Positions 27,467-37,192 of a stretch of 64,000 nucleotides of DNA are shown here, in pieces. Below the pieces are notes generated by a model. It had not been told where the DNA came from, ran no database searches, and saw nothing but the letters and a program-made list of their open reading frames with translations. A program made the position numbers and the translations under genes. Origin of the DNA: Candidatus Nanoarchaeia archaeon (GTDB taxonomy: Bacteria > Patescibacteriota > Microgenomatia > Woykebacterales > RBG-16-39-9b); NCBI GenBank assembly GCA_036514715.1, contig DATBWR010000016.1, positions 42,368 through 106,367 of the forward strand, read 5' to 3'. How positions within the stretch are numbered: the first letter of the stretch is position 1; each line of letters opens with the position of its first letter.

Positions 27467-27691
27467 TCAAGCTCCGTAGCGGATTTCGGAAAGTAGTACT
27501 CTCCAGTCTACCCATGTTGGCGCGAATGGGATCAGTAGCGTAACCACGAGAAGGCTCACCTCGTCTCTGTGCTGGACCACGAGCCCATTACCCATCCGCC
27601 ATTCAGCCAACCGGTTTATTAACTGAAAAGCAACCGCAACGACGACGTAATAGACCGCCAGTATTGTCAGGACGATCTCCCACAATTCCAT
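27467..27691 (-). CDS. Small hydrophobic hypothetical protein (GC-elevated)
   Basis: 74 aa with an AGGAG RBS, 10 bp downstream of the rmuC stop. Rough hand counts give ~48-60% GC. Confidence 0.35.
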   Translation of the reverse strand: MELWEIVLTILAVYYVVVAVAFQLINRLAEWRMGNGLVVQHRDEVSLLVVTLLIPFAPTWVDWRVLLSEIRYGA

Positions 27692-27701
27692 TTATCTACT
27701 C

Positions 27702-28748
27702 CTACCTTTCTTCGGTGATTTCTTCGGCTTCTTCCAGAGACGGGACTTCTGGTTCTTCAAGAGTTTTGCTTGAAGGACCTTTTAGACCTTGTGCTAGGTC
27801 TATTTTGGAATGTAAACTAGTATAACGTACGTTGGCAACATCAGTAGTGTTTTTAGCTTCGTTTATGTGTTTTGTTAACACTTTGAGAGTGTCGCCAAAC
27901 TTCTCCGATTCACCGCGAATTGCTCGCAGAGTTGTCAAAATAGTCCGCGCGGTTTCTTCAATCTTTTTACCCTCAAAACTCATTAAAATGGCCCGCATAT
28001 AGGCGTAAAAAGTCGCTGGAGAAACTGGTAAAACTCGCATTTTGTAAGCGTGGTCGGAAACTTCTTGGTTGCCGATAATCTCGTAATAAACACTTTCTGA
28101 AGGTATATACATCAGCGCGTAATCAATCGTTCCTTCATCAGGGAGAATATATTTTTTGGCAATATCATCAATATGTTTTTTAACATCGCGGGTAAACTCC
28201 TTTTCAAAGGCTTTTTTCTCACTTTCAGTTTCGGCCTTTGCCATATTCTGGAAGTTGCCTAAAGGAAATTTTGAATCAATGGGGATTATGCCTGTCTCAG
28301 TTTTGATAGCAGCGTCAACGATTTCGCCGCTACGGAAACGGTACTGGAGATTAAAACTTTCTTTCGGTAGAAACTGTCCCAGTAATTCTTTCAAAACCTG
28401 TTCGCCAATGTTGCCCCGCAATTTGGGACTACGCAAAAAATCCTGCAATTCTTTCATCGAACGGCCAATTTCACTCATCTGACCGACTTCCTTACCAACT
28501 GAACCAATCACCCGGGCAGCGTTATCAAGCCGTTCGTTAATCGCTTTATTAGTTGCCTCCAATCGCTCTTGCATGGTTTGCGTGTTTTTATCTACACTCA
28601 AGCGCATTTCAGATAACCATTTCATTAGTATTTCCTGCGATTTATCTTTTTCTTTATCAGCTTGTAGAGATTGAATTTGCCGGTAAAGAAAGTAGAAACT
28701 TCCCGCTACGATTAGGATTAAGATTGTCAGTAAGGTTTGCTGGTCCAT
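27702..28748 (-). CDS. rmuC: DNA recombination protein RmuC
   Basis: N-terminal TM, coiled-coil and RmuC C-terminal domain pattern. Confidence 0.75.
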   Translation of the reverse strand: MDQQTLLTILILIVAGSFYFLYRQIQSLQADKEKDKSQEILMKWLSEMRLSVDKNTQTMQERLEATNKAINERLDNAARVIGSVGKEVGQMSEIGRSMKELQDFLRSPKLRGNIGEQVLKELLGQFLPKESFNLQYRFRSGEIVDAAIKTETGIIPIDSKFPLGNFQNMAKAETESEKKAFEKEFTRDVKKHIDDIAKKYILPDEGTIDYALMYIPSESVYYEIIGNQEVSDHAYKMRVLPVSPATFYAYMRAILMSFEGKKIEETARTILTTLRAIRGESEKFGDTLKVLTKHINEAKNTTDVANVRYTSLHSKIDLAQGLKGPSSKTLEEPEVPSLEEAEEITEER

Positions 28749-28814
28749 ATAAGTTAGGCCATCTTAACAAAACACAGTTGGCCTTGCAAACACAAAAAGG
28801 CTAAAATTTAAGAA

Positions 28815-29213
28815 ATGTTTTTGTTTATCTTGCCAATAATTCTAGTAACACTCTTTAGTCTTGGGGTAATTGTTTTCATGTTAAATTTCACCTCTCCGCA
28901 AACTAAAGAGGGCTCGGTGATAATTATTAATTTGGTTTACTTTTTTGTTTCGGGGTTTGTTAGCCTTGCTGGGGCTATCACCTTGGTGCTATACTGGCTC
29001 GGAAATTGGCAGTTGAAACGCTCGAGATCGGAAGTTGAATCTGTCCACAAACCGAGAATTCTTTTGAAAAAGAGCCTGCGCCACGGTGTTTTAGTGGCTG
29101 GCACGCTAACTGGGATTGGTTTGTTAAACGCCTTAGAATTAACTAACCCGCTCAACATTATTTTGTTAATTTCAGCTGCAATTTTGATAGAAGTGTACTT
29201 CTTTGGACACTAA
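28815..29213 (+). CDS. Hypothetical 4-TM membrane protein
   Basis: Hydrophobic segments; no recognisable motifs. Confidence 0.5.
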   Translation: MFLFILPIILVTLFSLGVIVFMLNFTSPQTKEGSVIIINLVYFFVSGFVSLAGAITLVLYWLGNWQLKRSRSEVESVHKPRILLKKSLRHGVLVAGTLTGIGLLNALELTNPLNIILLISAAILIEVYFFGH

Positions 29214-30622
29214 TGAACAAAACATTCTTTGTAACGACGCCCATCTATTACATAAACGACGTGCCTCACGTTGGCCATGCGTATGCTACTTTCGCGGCTG
29301 ATATTCTTGCTCGTTACCACAAACTGCTTGGCGAAAAAACTTTACTTTTAACCGGGAGTGATGAGAACTCTCAGAAAACGGTCGAAGCAGCAACAAAGAA
29401 AAACTTGCCGGTGGAAAAATACGCCGCTGAAATGGCTAAAACTTGGCAGGAAACTTGGAAAAAACTGGGCATTGCTGATGGGGGGTTTGGTTTTGTTAGA
29501 ACCACAAGTGCCAAGCACGAAAAGTTCGTCCAAGATATTTTCAAAAAGCTTTACGAGAAAAAGTTAATCTATAAAGGCGTTTATAAGGGTCTGTATTGCG
29601 TTGGCCATGAAGCTTTTATTCAAGCAGGTGATTTAGACGAAAAAGGCCTTTGCCCAGATCACAAAACTAAACCTCAGGACCTCGAGGAAAAAAACTATTT
29701 TTTCAAGCTAAGTGGTTTTGAAGAAAAGCTAAAGGAGCTCTTCGCGAAAAACTCTAACTTTGTGCAGCCGGAGGAGCGCCGTAACGAAATTCTCTCCTTT
29801 ATTAACAGTGGTTTAGAAGATATTTCCATTTCCCGCGAAAACGCCAAGTGGGGAATTAAAGTTCCTTTTGACCCGAACCACCGTATTTACGTTTGGTTTG
29901 ACGCCCTTTTAAGTTACTATTCGGAAACTCCGAAAGAGTTTTGGAAGACAGGGGCGGATTTGCATATTATCGGCAAGGATATTTTGCGTTTTCACGCAGT
30001 AATTTGGCCGGCAATGCTCTGGGCAGCTGATTTACCTCTGCCCAAGCTGATCTTCGCCCACGGGTTTTTTACTATTAATGGGCAAAAAATTTCCAAGTCT
30101 TTGGGCAACGCTATTGACCCAATTGCCATCGCCCAAGAATATGGAACTGACGCCTTGCGTTATTTTCTCTTTAAAGAAATTCCTTTTGGCTCTGATGGAG
30201 ATTTTTCTTTTGAAAAACTTAAAGAAGTTTATAATGCTGACCTTGCCAACGGTTTAGGTAATTTAATTGCTCGGGTGGCAAAACTAGCTGAAAGCTTAGA
30301 TCTTGAAGCTTCTATAGCTGAGAGTAAGCCTCAACTTGACATACCTGTAGGCTTTGCCTTAGAAACTTTAGAATTCCAAAAAGCGCTTAACTATATCTGG
30401 GATAAGATAAAGGCCACTGATAAAAAAATTGAAGAAACCCGGCCCTGGGAATTGGTCAAAAACGATCCTGATAAAGCTAAAAGTGTGGTTGAGAATTTAC
30501 TCCGCCAAATTGATGAAATTCAAGAACTCTTGTTACCTTTTTTACCAGAAACTGCTGAAAAAATCGCTAAACAATTCACGGGAAAAATCAAGGCTGGTGA
30601 ACCTCTCTTCCCACGCAAATAA
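29213..30622 (+). CDS. metG: Methionyl-tRNA synthetase (short form)
   Basis: HVGH (HIGH), KISKS (KMSKS) and the DILRFHAVIWPAML MetRS signature. Confidence 0.9.
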   Translation: MNKTFFVTTPIYYINDVPHVGHAYATFAADILARYHKLLGEKTLLLTGSDENSQKTVEAATKKNLPVEKYAAEMAKTWQETWKKLGIADGGFGFVRTTSAKHEKFVQDIFKKLYEKKLIYKGVYKGLYCVGHEAFIQAGDLDEKGLCPDHKTKPQDLEEKNYFFKLSGFEEKLKELFAKNSNFVQPEERRNEILSFINSGLEDISISRENAKWGIKVPFDPNHRIYVWFDALLSYYSETPKEFWKTGADLHIIGKDILRFHAVIWPAMLWAADLPLPKLIFAHGFFTINGQKISKSLGNAIDPIAIAQEYGTDALRYFLFKEIPFGSDGDFSFEKLKEVYNADLANGLGNLIARVAKLAESLDLEASIAESKPQLDIPVGFALETLEFQKALNYIWDKIKATDKKIEETRPWELVKNDPDKAKSVVENLLRQIDEIQELLLPFLPETAEKIAKQFTGKIKAGEPLFPRK

Positions 30623-30625
30623 CCC

Positions 30626-31396
30626 ATGAAGTTAATTGATACCCACGCTCATTTGCAGTTTGCGAAATTTAACGAAGACCGCGAGGAGGTGGTTAAACGT
30701 ACTTCGCAAGAGTTGGAGGCAATTATTATGCCGGGGGCTAAAATCGACTCATCCGAAGCTAGCGTAAAACTTGCTCAGCAAGTTCCCAATTTCTACGCTG
30801 CGGTCGGGGTACACCCGCATCATGCCGGAGAATGGCAAGAAAACTGGAGTAAGAAGTTGGGAAGTTTAATTACTGAGGATAAGGTCGTTGCTGTTGGTGA
30901 GGTTGGTCTTGATAATTATCGGTACAAAGACTACCCGACGCCAGATTTAAAAAACCAGCTCGAAATTCTAATTCCGCAAATAGAACTAGCGCGAGCCCAT
31001 AACAAACCTATTCTCTTTCACTGCCGGCAGGCTTATGATGAGTTGTACGAAGCGATTGAAAGATACCAACCGCTAACTGGTCTTGTTCACTGTTTTATGG
31101 GCGATAAGACCGTTGCTAAAAAGTTCGTTGATCTTGGGCTTTATATCTCGTTTGCCGGAAACTTAACCTACCCTCAAAACGATCATATGAGGGAAGCAGC
31201 TGCCTTTTTACCGGAGGATAAAATTGTAATTGAAACTGACTCGCCTTACCTAGCACCAGAGGGGTTGCGTGGTCAGAGAAACGAGCCAGTAAATGTCCAC
31301 TTTGTAGCGGAGATAATTGCGCGAGTGAAAAAAATAGATTTGGAAAAAGTAGCTCTCTTCACAGTAACAAACTCTAAAAAGCTTTTTAAAATTTAA
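30626..31396 (+). CDS. tatD: TatD-family metal-dependent hydrolase
   Basis: MKLIDTHAHL start, 256 aa. Confidence 0.9.
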   Translation: MKLIDTHAHLQFAKFNEDREEVVKRTSQELEAIIMPGAKIDSSEASVKLAQQVPNFYAAVGVHPHHAGEWQENWSKKLGSLITEDKVVAVGEVGLDNYRYKDYPTPDLKNQLEILIPQIELARAHNKPILFHCRQAYDELYEAIERYQPLTGLVHCFMGDKTVAKKFVDLGLYISFAGNLTYPQNDHMREAAAFLPEDKIVIETDSPYLAPEGLRGQRNEPVNVHFVAEIIARVKKIDLEKVALFTVTNSKKLFKI

Positions 31397-31402
31397 TTAA
31401 AC

Positions 31403-32881
31403 ATGAGTGGAAAATCTATTGGCCGGCTAACTGAAATACTAACTACCTTAATTTCTTGGACTTTGCTAACTTCGCCTTTCTGGGCCTCATTCTTCATTCC
31501 AACCCCAGTGGTTTATTTTATTTTCATTTTCGATCTTTATTTTCTTTACAAAGCAGCTAGTTTAGGGGTTAACTCAGTTCGTTCCTACTTACGGCTGAAA
31601 AAATCCTCAACGACTAATTGGTTAGAAAAAATGAAGGCGGAGAACTTAGACTACTCTAAAATTTTGCATGTAGTTTTCATTCCTACTTACAAAGAACCAC
31701 TGGAAATTTTAGAGAGAACTTTGTCGTTTTTAAGCAGTCAAGAGTTTCCTACTCAACAAATCTTAGTAGTTTTAGCTGGGGAGACCAGAGAAGAAGCCTT
31801 CCCCCAAAAAGCCTCTATTTTGGAAGCAAAGTTTAAAGGTGCTTTTTTTGATTTTGTGGCTACAAAGCATGCTCTAAAAGAAGGGGAAGTGGCGGGTAAA
31901 TCTTCCAACCTCCGCTACTCATCCCTACAAATTAAGAAGCTAATTGAAAAGAGAAAACTTCGAAAAGAGTCTCTTACAGTCACCTCTTGCGATGCCGATA
32001 TTTCTATCCACCCAAAATACTTTTCCAACCTAACTTATCTTTTCTTAAAGAACCCAAACCGTTACGAGCGGTTCTGGCAAGGGGCAGTGGTTTTCTACAA
32101 CAATATTTGGAGAGTGCCCCTACCGGTTAGAGTAGTCCACACTATCTACTCAATGGTGGGTATAGCAGAGTTAATGCGTGCACGCTCTAATTTCATTTAT
32201 TCCAGCTATTCAGCTAGTTGGAACTTGATCGAAAAAACTGGTTTCTGGGACCCGGATGTAATCGCCGAAGATTGGCACCTTTTCTTTAAAGCTTTCTTTG
32301 CAACGGGCGGCTCAGTAGAACTGGAAGCAATTTTTCTTCCACTTTTTGGCGATGCGGTTGAAGGCCAAAGCTATTGGGCTTCCTTAACAGCCCAGTATCA
32401 ACAAAACCGACGTTGGGCTTGGGGAGTGGTAGATATTGGTTACGCAGCCCGCGAATTTCTTAAACATCGTCGAGAAGTCTCTATACCCAACTTTATTCTC
32501 CGCTTCGTCCGGGCCCTTGAACAACACCTGCTATGGCCGGTTAATTGGTGGATTATCACTCTTGGGGCTACTTTACCACCATTGTTAAACCCTGCTTTCC
32601 GCTACACTGCAGAAGGCTACTACTTACCGAAATTGTCTGGTTTAATATTGACCGGAAGTACGGTCTTTATTCTCTTTATTATTATCGTTGACTGGCTTCT
32701 GCGTCCACCCCGACCAAGTGGCGTAAGGAAGCGAGCTACTCTTTTCACCATTATTCAATACTTAATGCTACCAATTACCGGCTTCCTTTTTGGCGCCCTA
32801 CCTGGGATGGACGCTCATACCAGACTTCTTTTGGGCAAAAGGTTGGATTATAAGGTTACAGAAAAGATTGTTAAAAACTAA
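31403..32881 (+). CDS. Membrane-embedded processive family-2 glycosyltransferase (cellulose/hyaluronan synthase-like)
   Basis: N- and C-terminal TM bundles, CDAD (DxD) and a QQNRRW (QxxRW) motif. Confidence 0.65.
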   Translation: MSGKSIGRLTEILTTLISWTLLTSPFWASFFIPTPVVYFIFIFDLYFLYKAASLGVNSVRSYLRLKKSSTTNWLEKMKAENLDYSKILHVVFIPTYKEPLEILERTLSFLSSQEFPTQQILVVLAGETREEAFPQKASILEAKFKGAFFDFVATKHALKEGEVAGKSSNLRYSSLQIKKLIEKRKLRKESLTVTSCDADISIHPKYFSNLTYLFLKNPNRYERFWQGAVVFYNNIWRVPLPVRVVHTIYSMVGIAELMRARSNFIYSSYSASWNLIEKTGFWDPDVIAEDWHLFFKAFFATGGSVELEAIFLPLFGDAVEGQSYWASLTAQYQQNRRWAWGVVDIGYAAREFLKHRREVSIPNFILRFVRALEQHLLWPVNWWIITLGATLPPLLNPAFRYTAEGYYLPKLSGLILTGSTVFILFIIIVDWLLRPPRPSGVRKRATLFTIIQYLMLPITGFLFGALPGMDAHTRLLLGKRLDYKVTEKIVKN

Positions 32882-32912
32882 TATTGTCTGCAACCTTGCG
32901 TTCTCTGAACTT

Positions 32913-32952
32913 AAAGTCACTGAGAAAAGAGTAAGGGAGATCGAGTGACTTT
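32913..32952 (+). other. 9-bp perfect inverted repeat (AAAGTCACT...AGTGACTTT) in an intergenic region
   Basis: Seen directly. No T-run, so its role as terminator or operator is unclear. Confidence 0.3.
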
Positions 32953-33044
32953 GGTCTTAAATAATCTTTAGCAAAGGCTAGCAAACAGGTTGCAATGGTG
33001 TATAATCGCTTCGTTCCCTGCCTACCTTAATTAGAACTTGTAAA

Positions 33045-33386
33045 ATGGTTACCTTTAGGTGGTTAAACCCGATTGATTTTCTCGCCGCTCTAATCAACTT
33101 AGTAGTCTTGGGCGTCAGTGTTGTTTTATTGTTAACTCACCAAAACTTACCTTCCTTAGTTCCTCTGTGGTTTTCAAAAGTTTGGGGGCAAGAGCGTCTA
33201 TCAGAACCGGTTAATCTCTGGCTGATCCCAGGGCTAATACTGGCTTTCTTTGTGATCAGCAATGTTTTTGGTAAGGCACTTGGTGCAAACTACCCAGTTC
33301 TTGCCAAAATTTTTGTTTGGTCGTCAGCTTTCATCTCAATTGTGTTTTTACTTGCGCTCTACAAAATTATCTTAATCGTTATTTAG
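33045..33386 (+). CDS. Small polytopic membrane protein
   Basis: 113 aa with 3-4 hydrophobic helices. First gene of a co-directional envelope operon. Confidence 0.45.
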   Translation: MVTFRWLNPIDFLAALINLVVLGVSVVLLLTHQNLPSLVPLWFSKVWGQERLSEPVNLWLIPGLILAFFVISNVFGKALGANYPVLAKIFVWSSAFISIVFLLALYKIILIVI

Positions 33387-34505
33387 ATGGAAACTTGGCT
33401 TGCAGGAACAGTAGCCTTCGCAGTCACAATTTTGTTAACCCCGTTAGTGATAGGTTTAGCTTACCGCTTTAACTTTCTGGATTTACCGACCCGCAAACAT
33501 CCGGCTATTCTCCATACTAAACCAACACCACGAGGGGGAGGGGTAGCACCACTGCTTGGTTTCACCCTGGCTTTATCCCTTATTGCCTTAATTAGCCCAA
33601 CCTTTTTCTTAAGTAAGGCTACTGTTGGTATAATTATTGCCGCCATTTTTCTAGTTTTTATTGGAGTTTTGGATGATAAATACGATCTCCACCCCTATTT
33701 TCGTTTAGTCACAAATTTGGTTGCGGTTGCGATCGTGGTTGCCGCTGGTATTGGGATAACTTCCTTCACTAACCCTTTTGGAGGGCAAGTAATGCTGGAT
33801 AGTTTTATTTACACTATTAACCTGCCTAGCCTTTTCGGATTTCTGGCCGGCCCTCACACAATTGTCTTATTAGCCGATCTTGTAGCTTTTATCTGGATCG
33901 TGTGGGTAATGAATGCGGTTAACTGGTCCAGCGGGGTAGATGGACAACTTTCCGGGATTGCGGCAATTGCTTTAGCTGTTCTGGGGGTAGCCGCTTTGCA
34001 ACTCTCCCTCAGAGATCCTGCGCAAACCTTTGTAGCCATCATCGCTTTTGCTGCAGCTGGAGCATATCTGGGTTTCTTACCTTGGAGTTTCTTCCCGCAA
34101 AAAATTATGCCTGGGTATGGTGGGGCAACTTTGGCTGGTTTTTTGATCGCAGTTTTAGCAATCCTTTCTGGAGCAAAGCTAGCGACTGCCTTGCTTGTTC
34201 TACTTATTCCTTTGGTTGATAGTCTTTGGACTGTAGTCCGGCGACTAGCCTCCAAGCGCTCGCCGGTTTGGGGAGACCGACTTCATCTTCACCACCAACT
34301 TTTAAAGATGGGCTGGTCTGTACCTAAAATTTGTCTTTTCTATTACTCAATCGGACTAATCTTAGGAATTTTAGCCTTGGGTTTTGACACCCAGGAGAAG
34401 TTTTTTGCTCTCAGCGTGTTGGGCGTGCTAATCTTTTCGTTACTCTTCACAGGTTTTATGGTTCTTAGAAAAATTGGTCTTGGCGGTAATGAAAATAATA
34501 ACTAA
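33387..34505 (+). CDS. Polyprenyl-phosphate N-acetylhexosamine-1-phosphate transferase (WecA/MraY family, GT4)
   Basis: DDKYDLHP and VNAVNWSSGVDGQLSG motifs. 10-11 TM helices. Confidence 0.8.
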   Translation: METWLAGTVAFAVTILLTPLVIGLAYRFNFLDLPTRKHPAILHTKPTPRGGGVAPLLGFTLALSLIALISPTFFLSKATVGIIIAAIFLVFIGVLDDKYDLHPYFRLVTNLVAVAIVVAAGIGITSFTNPFGGQVMLDSFIYTINLPSLFGFLAGPHTIVLLADLVAFIWIVWVMNAVNWSSGVDGQLSGIAAIALAVLGVAALQLSLRDPAQTFVAIIAFAAAGAYLGFLPWSFFPQKIMPGYGGATLAGFLIAVLAILSGAKLATALLVLLIPLVDSLWTVVRRLASKRSPVWGDRLHLHHQLLKMGWSVPKICLFYYSIGLILGILALGFDTQEKFFALSVLGVLIFSLLFTGFMVLRKIGLGGNENNN

Positions 34506-35415
34506 AATTTACTATCTGCTTATTTCTCTTCGGCCGCGTCAATGGTTAAAAAACTTGGCTGTTTTCACCGCAATCTTCTTTGGCGGCCGGTTTTTGGAAG
34601 GCGACTCCTTTCTTAAAGTGTCTTCTGTTTTCTTGATTTTTTGTGCCTTATCTTCGAGTATGTACCTTCTCAATGACGTTATTGATATCAAGGCCGATCG
34701 AGTTCATTTTTCCAAAAAGGAACGTCCGCTTGCCAAAGGTTTGTTGCCAAAAAATCTGGCTCTTGTTACAAGCCTTGTCTTGTCGGTACTAGGACTAGCC
34801 TGGTCATATCTAATCTCTGACCTGGTTTTACTTACTAGCGTTACTTTTGTTGTAGTTCAAGCCTCTTACAGTTTGTTCCTTAAACAAGTCATTATTTTGG
34901 ATATCTTAGCTATTGCGCTTACTTTTTTACTGCGGGTTTTCGCCGGGTCCTTTGCTATTGAAGAGCCTCTTTCCTCCTGGCTAATTTTAACTATTATGAT
35001 GCTTGCAATTTTCTTAGCCGTTGGTAAAAGACGTAGTGAACTTACCCTGATGAGTTATCAACAAGCAGTTGAACATCGTCATATTTTATCCCATTATCCA
35101 GTCGGCTTCCTGGACGGAATAACCTTTATGATGGGTGCAGCAAGCCTTCTTACCTACAGCTTATTCAGTTTTAATTCCGGCAAATCGCTCTCTCTAATTA
35201 GCGATTATCTACCAATTACTCTAACTAACTCACGATGGCTAATGCTAACCATACCGCTCGTAATTTATGGGATTTTTCGCTACCTCTACCTTGTCTTTGA
35301 AAAGAAAGAGGGGGAATCTCCGGAAAAGGTCTTGCTCTCCGACTTTCCCTTATTTTTGGCCGTTGGCCTTTGGGTTTTAGCTGTCTTTGTTATCGTTTAC
35401 GTTTTTAATGCCTAA
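34474..35415 (+). CDS. UbiA-family prenyltransferase, decaprenyl-phosphate phosphoribosyltransferase-like
   Basis: NDVIDIKADRVH...KKERPLAKG UbiA aspartate-rich motif. Polytopic. Confidence 0.7.
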   Translation: MVLAVMKIITKIYYLLISLRPRQWLKNLAVFTAIFFGGRFLEGDSFLKVSSVFLIFCALSSSMYLLNDVIDIKADRVHFSKKERPLAKGLLPKNLALVTSLVLSVLGLAWSYLISDLVLLTSVTFVVVQASYSLFLKQVIILDILAIALTFLLRVFAGSFAIEEPLSSWLILTIMMLAIFLAVGKRRSELTLMSYQQAVEHRHILSHYPVGFLDGITFMMGAASLLTYSLFSFNSGKSLSLISDYLPITLTNSRWLMLTIPLVIYGIFRYLYLVFEKKEGESPEKVLLSDFPLFLAVGLWVLAVFVIVYVFNA

Positions 35416-35426
35416 AGGCAAAACTC

Positions 35427-36314
35427 ATGAAAAAACTGCTAATCTTCATATTAGCCTCTACCGCGCTAATTTTTGGCTTCTTCATTTTTAATGAATGGGT
35501 TTCGCCCCTTCTAAAACCTGCTACCGGCCGCTTAAGTGTGGACGTTGCCAACCAAAAAGCTAAGGTTTTCCTTGATAACAATTTTCTCGGCACCACTCCT
35601 TTCTATGCCGCTAATTTAAGGCTTGGGGATTATGTTATCGAAGTTGATCCTGAAAGCTCAGGGCAATGGCGCTGGAAGGCTAACCTCGTTTTAACTGACT
35701 CTACCTTAAGTGTGGTTGATATAGATCTAGCTAGCAGTCAACTTTTCTCAAGCGGAGAGAGTATGTACTTTCGGTCAGGCGAAAAAGGCATTTCAGTTAT
35801 AGTAAGACCTACAGATGCTTTTGTAGCAATTGACAGCCAAAACGAAGTCAAAACCCCAGTCAATAAGAACTTGGAGAAAGGTGTGCACACCTTAACGGTG
35901 AGAAAAGAAGGCTACTTAACGCGCGACATAGCCGTAAATATTGAGGAAGGTTTCAAGCTAAATGTGATCGTTTATTTGGCTGCTGATCCTTTTAAGGGGC
36001 TGACAAAAATAGACAACGGTGCTAAAGCTTCTCTTTTCACTCTTTACAATTCCGAGGTGGATTTATCCAAATCTTACGAGGATTGGGCGGCCGGTATCAA
36101 ACACCTTCAGGAGAATTTTTCCGGAGCACAAACTAGATTTGATACTCTTTTAGATCCAAACGGAAAAGTTTATATCTTGGACCAAACCGAGTGGAACAAC
36201 AAGGTAGCATTAAAAACCGTAGTTAACGCAGCCTACTTGGGTAAAAAAGAGAACGATACTTTAACTGATAAAGCCAAAATCGAGTGGGAGAAACTAAAAA
36301 AATTGTTCAATTAA
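35427..36314 (+). CDS. PEGA-domain protein with an N-terminal anchor
   Basis: Two stretches resembling the PEGA pattern (GTTPF..L.LGDYVIEV and EKGVHTLTVRKEGY). Confidence 0.45.
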   Translation: MKKLLIFILASTALIFGFFIFNEWVSPLLKPATGRLSVDVANQKAKVFLDNNFLGTTPFYAANLRLGDYVIEVDPESSGQWRWKANLVLTDSTLSVVDIDLASSQLFSSGESMYFRSGEKGISVIVRPTDAFVAIDSQNEVKTPVNKNLEKGVHTLTVRKEGYLTRDIAVNIEEGFKLNVIVYLAADPFKGLTKIDNGAKASLFTLYNSEVDLSKSYEDWAAGIKHLQENFSGAQTRFDTLLDPNGKVYILDQTEWNNKVALKTVVNAAYLGKKENDTLTDKAKIEWEKLKKLFN

Positions 36315-36358
36315 CTTGTACCAATAGGTTTGTTGGTATATAATTTGCTGATCTCAAT

Positions 36359-36433
36359 GGCGCGATGGCGAAGTGGAAACGCTGGGGTCTGCAAAACCTC
36401 GATGCGCGGGTTCGATTCCCGCTCGCGCCTCCA
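36359..36433 (+). tRNA. tRNA-Cys (anticodon GCA), CCA encoded
   Basis: Acceptor stem GGCGCGA/TCGCGCC. Anticodon loop CTGCAAA. T-arm GCGGG TTCGATT CCCGC. 3' CCA. Confidence 0.9.
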
Positions 36434-36476
36434 AGATATTTGACAGGCGGCCGATAGTTTGTTAAAATGTCTTCTT

Positions 36477-36503
36477 CCTTCCAAGATTGTGGAAGGATTT
36501 TTT
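36477..36503 (+). terminator. Rho-independent terminator after tRNA-Cys
   Basis: CCTTCCA/TGGAAGG stem followed by ATTTTTTT. A possible TTGACA-17-TAAAAT promoter lies at 36440-36468, and a second hairpin CCCTGAA/TTCAGGG at 36507-36523. Confidence 0.55.
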
Positions 36504-36528
36504 TGTTCCCTGAATTTTTCAGGGACTT

Positions 36529-37191
36529 ATGTTGACCTTACAGAGGTTTGAACGTGCATCTTACAACTGGCCTCAAACTTTCAAGTTAAAACGTTTTACT
36601 CTAAAAACCCTTCGGGGTGTTTTTGCTGTGCTTAATTGGCAAAACAGACTCTCTTCGACCCGCGTTAAAATTTTAGCGTTCTTTCTCTCCCTTTTAACTT
36701 TTTTATTTATTAACCCCAGCATTGGTGCTCAAACTTATCTTTTGGAAAAGGTTATTCTGGAAAAGCCTAAAGCCTTCGTAACCATAGAGGATTCTGTTGG
36801 TAGCACTCAAGTACCCTCATTTACTAACCCGCTCCAAGGCTATATTTCAACCTATTTCTCAGCAAGACATCAGGGAATCGACATTCCAAACCCCTACGGG
36901 GCGGTGGTAAAACCAGTCGCCGAAGGTGTCGTGGTTTTTGCTGGTTGGTCAGCTCTTGGTTACGGAAAGTTAATTACTATCCGCCATGAGGGTGGTTTTG
37001 AATCACTTTATGCTCACCTTTCCAACATTGACGTCAAGCTTGGGCAAAAGGTCTCGCCTGAGTCGGTGATTGGTGAGGTTGGTGCCACTGGGGTGGCTAC
37101 TGGAACCCATCTTCACTTGGAAGTCCATTTTTATGGTCAGCCAATTGACCCTCTGACCTTCATTTCTCAAGAGAAGTTGTTTGGGGATTAA
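36529..37191 (+). CDS. M23-family metallopeptidase (LytM-like)
   Basis: HQGIDI...LYAHL...GTHLHLEV M23 motifs. Confidence 0.85.
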   Translation: MLTLQRFERASYNWPQTFKLKRFTLKTLRGVFAVLNWQNRLSSTRVKILAFFLSLLTFLFINPSIGAQTYLLEKVILEKPKAFVTIEDSVGSTQVPSFTNPLQGYISTYFSARHQGIDIPNPYGAVVKPVAEGVVVFAGWSALGYGKLITIRHEGGFESLYAHLSNIDVKLGQKVSPESVIGEVGATGVATGTHLHLEVHFYGQPIDPLTFISQEKLFGD

Positions 37192-37192
37192 G

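Noticed and set aside
32979-33006. Candidate promoter TAGCAA-16-TATAAT upstream of the envelope operon
   Set aside because: The -35 matches only 3 of 6 and the TG dinucleotide is not correctly spaced for an extended -10. Too weak to call.
33461-34255. Minus-strand ORFs (61 and 133 aa) within the WecA-family gene
   Set aside because: Antisense to a well-supported polytopic transferase gene. A/K/R-rich artefactual composition.
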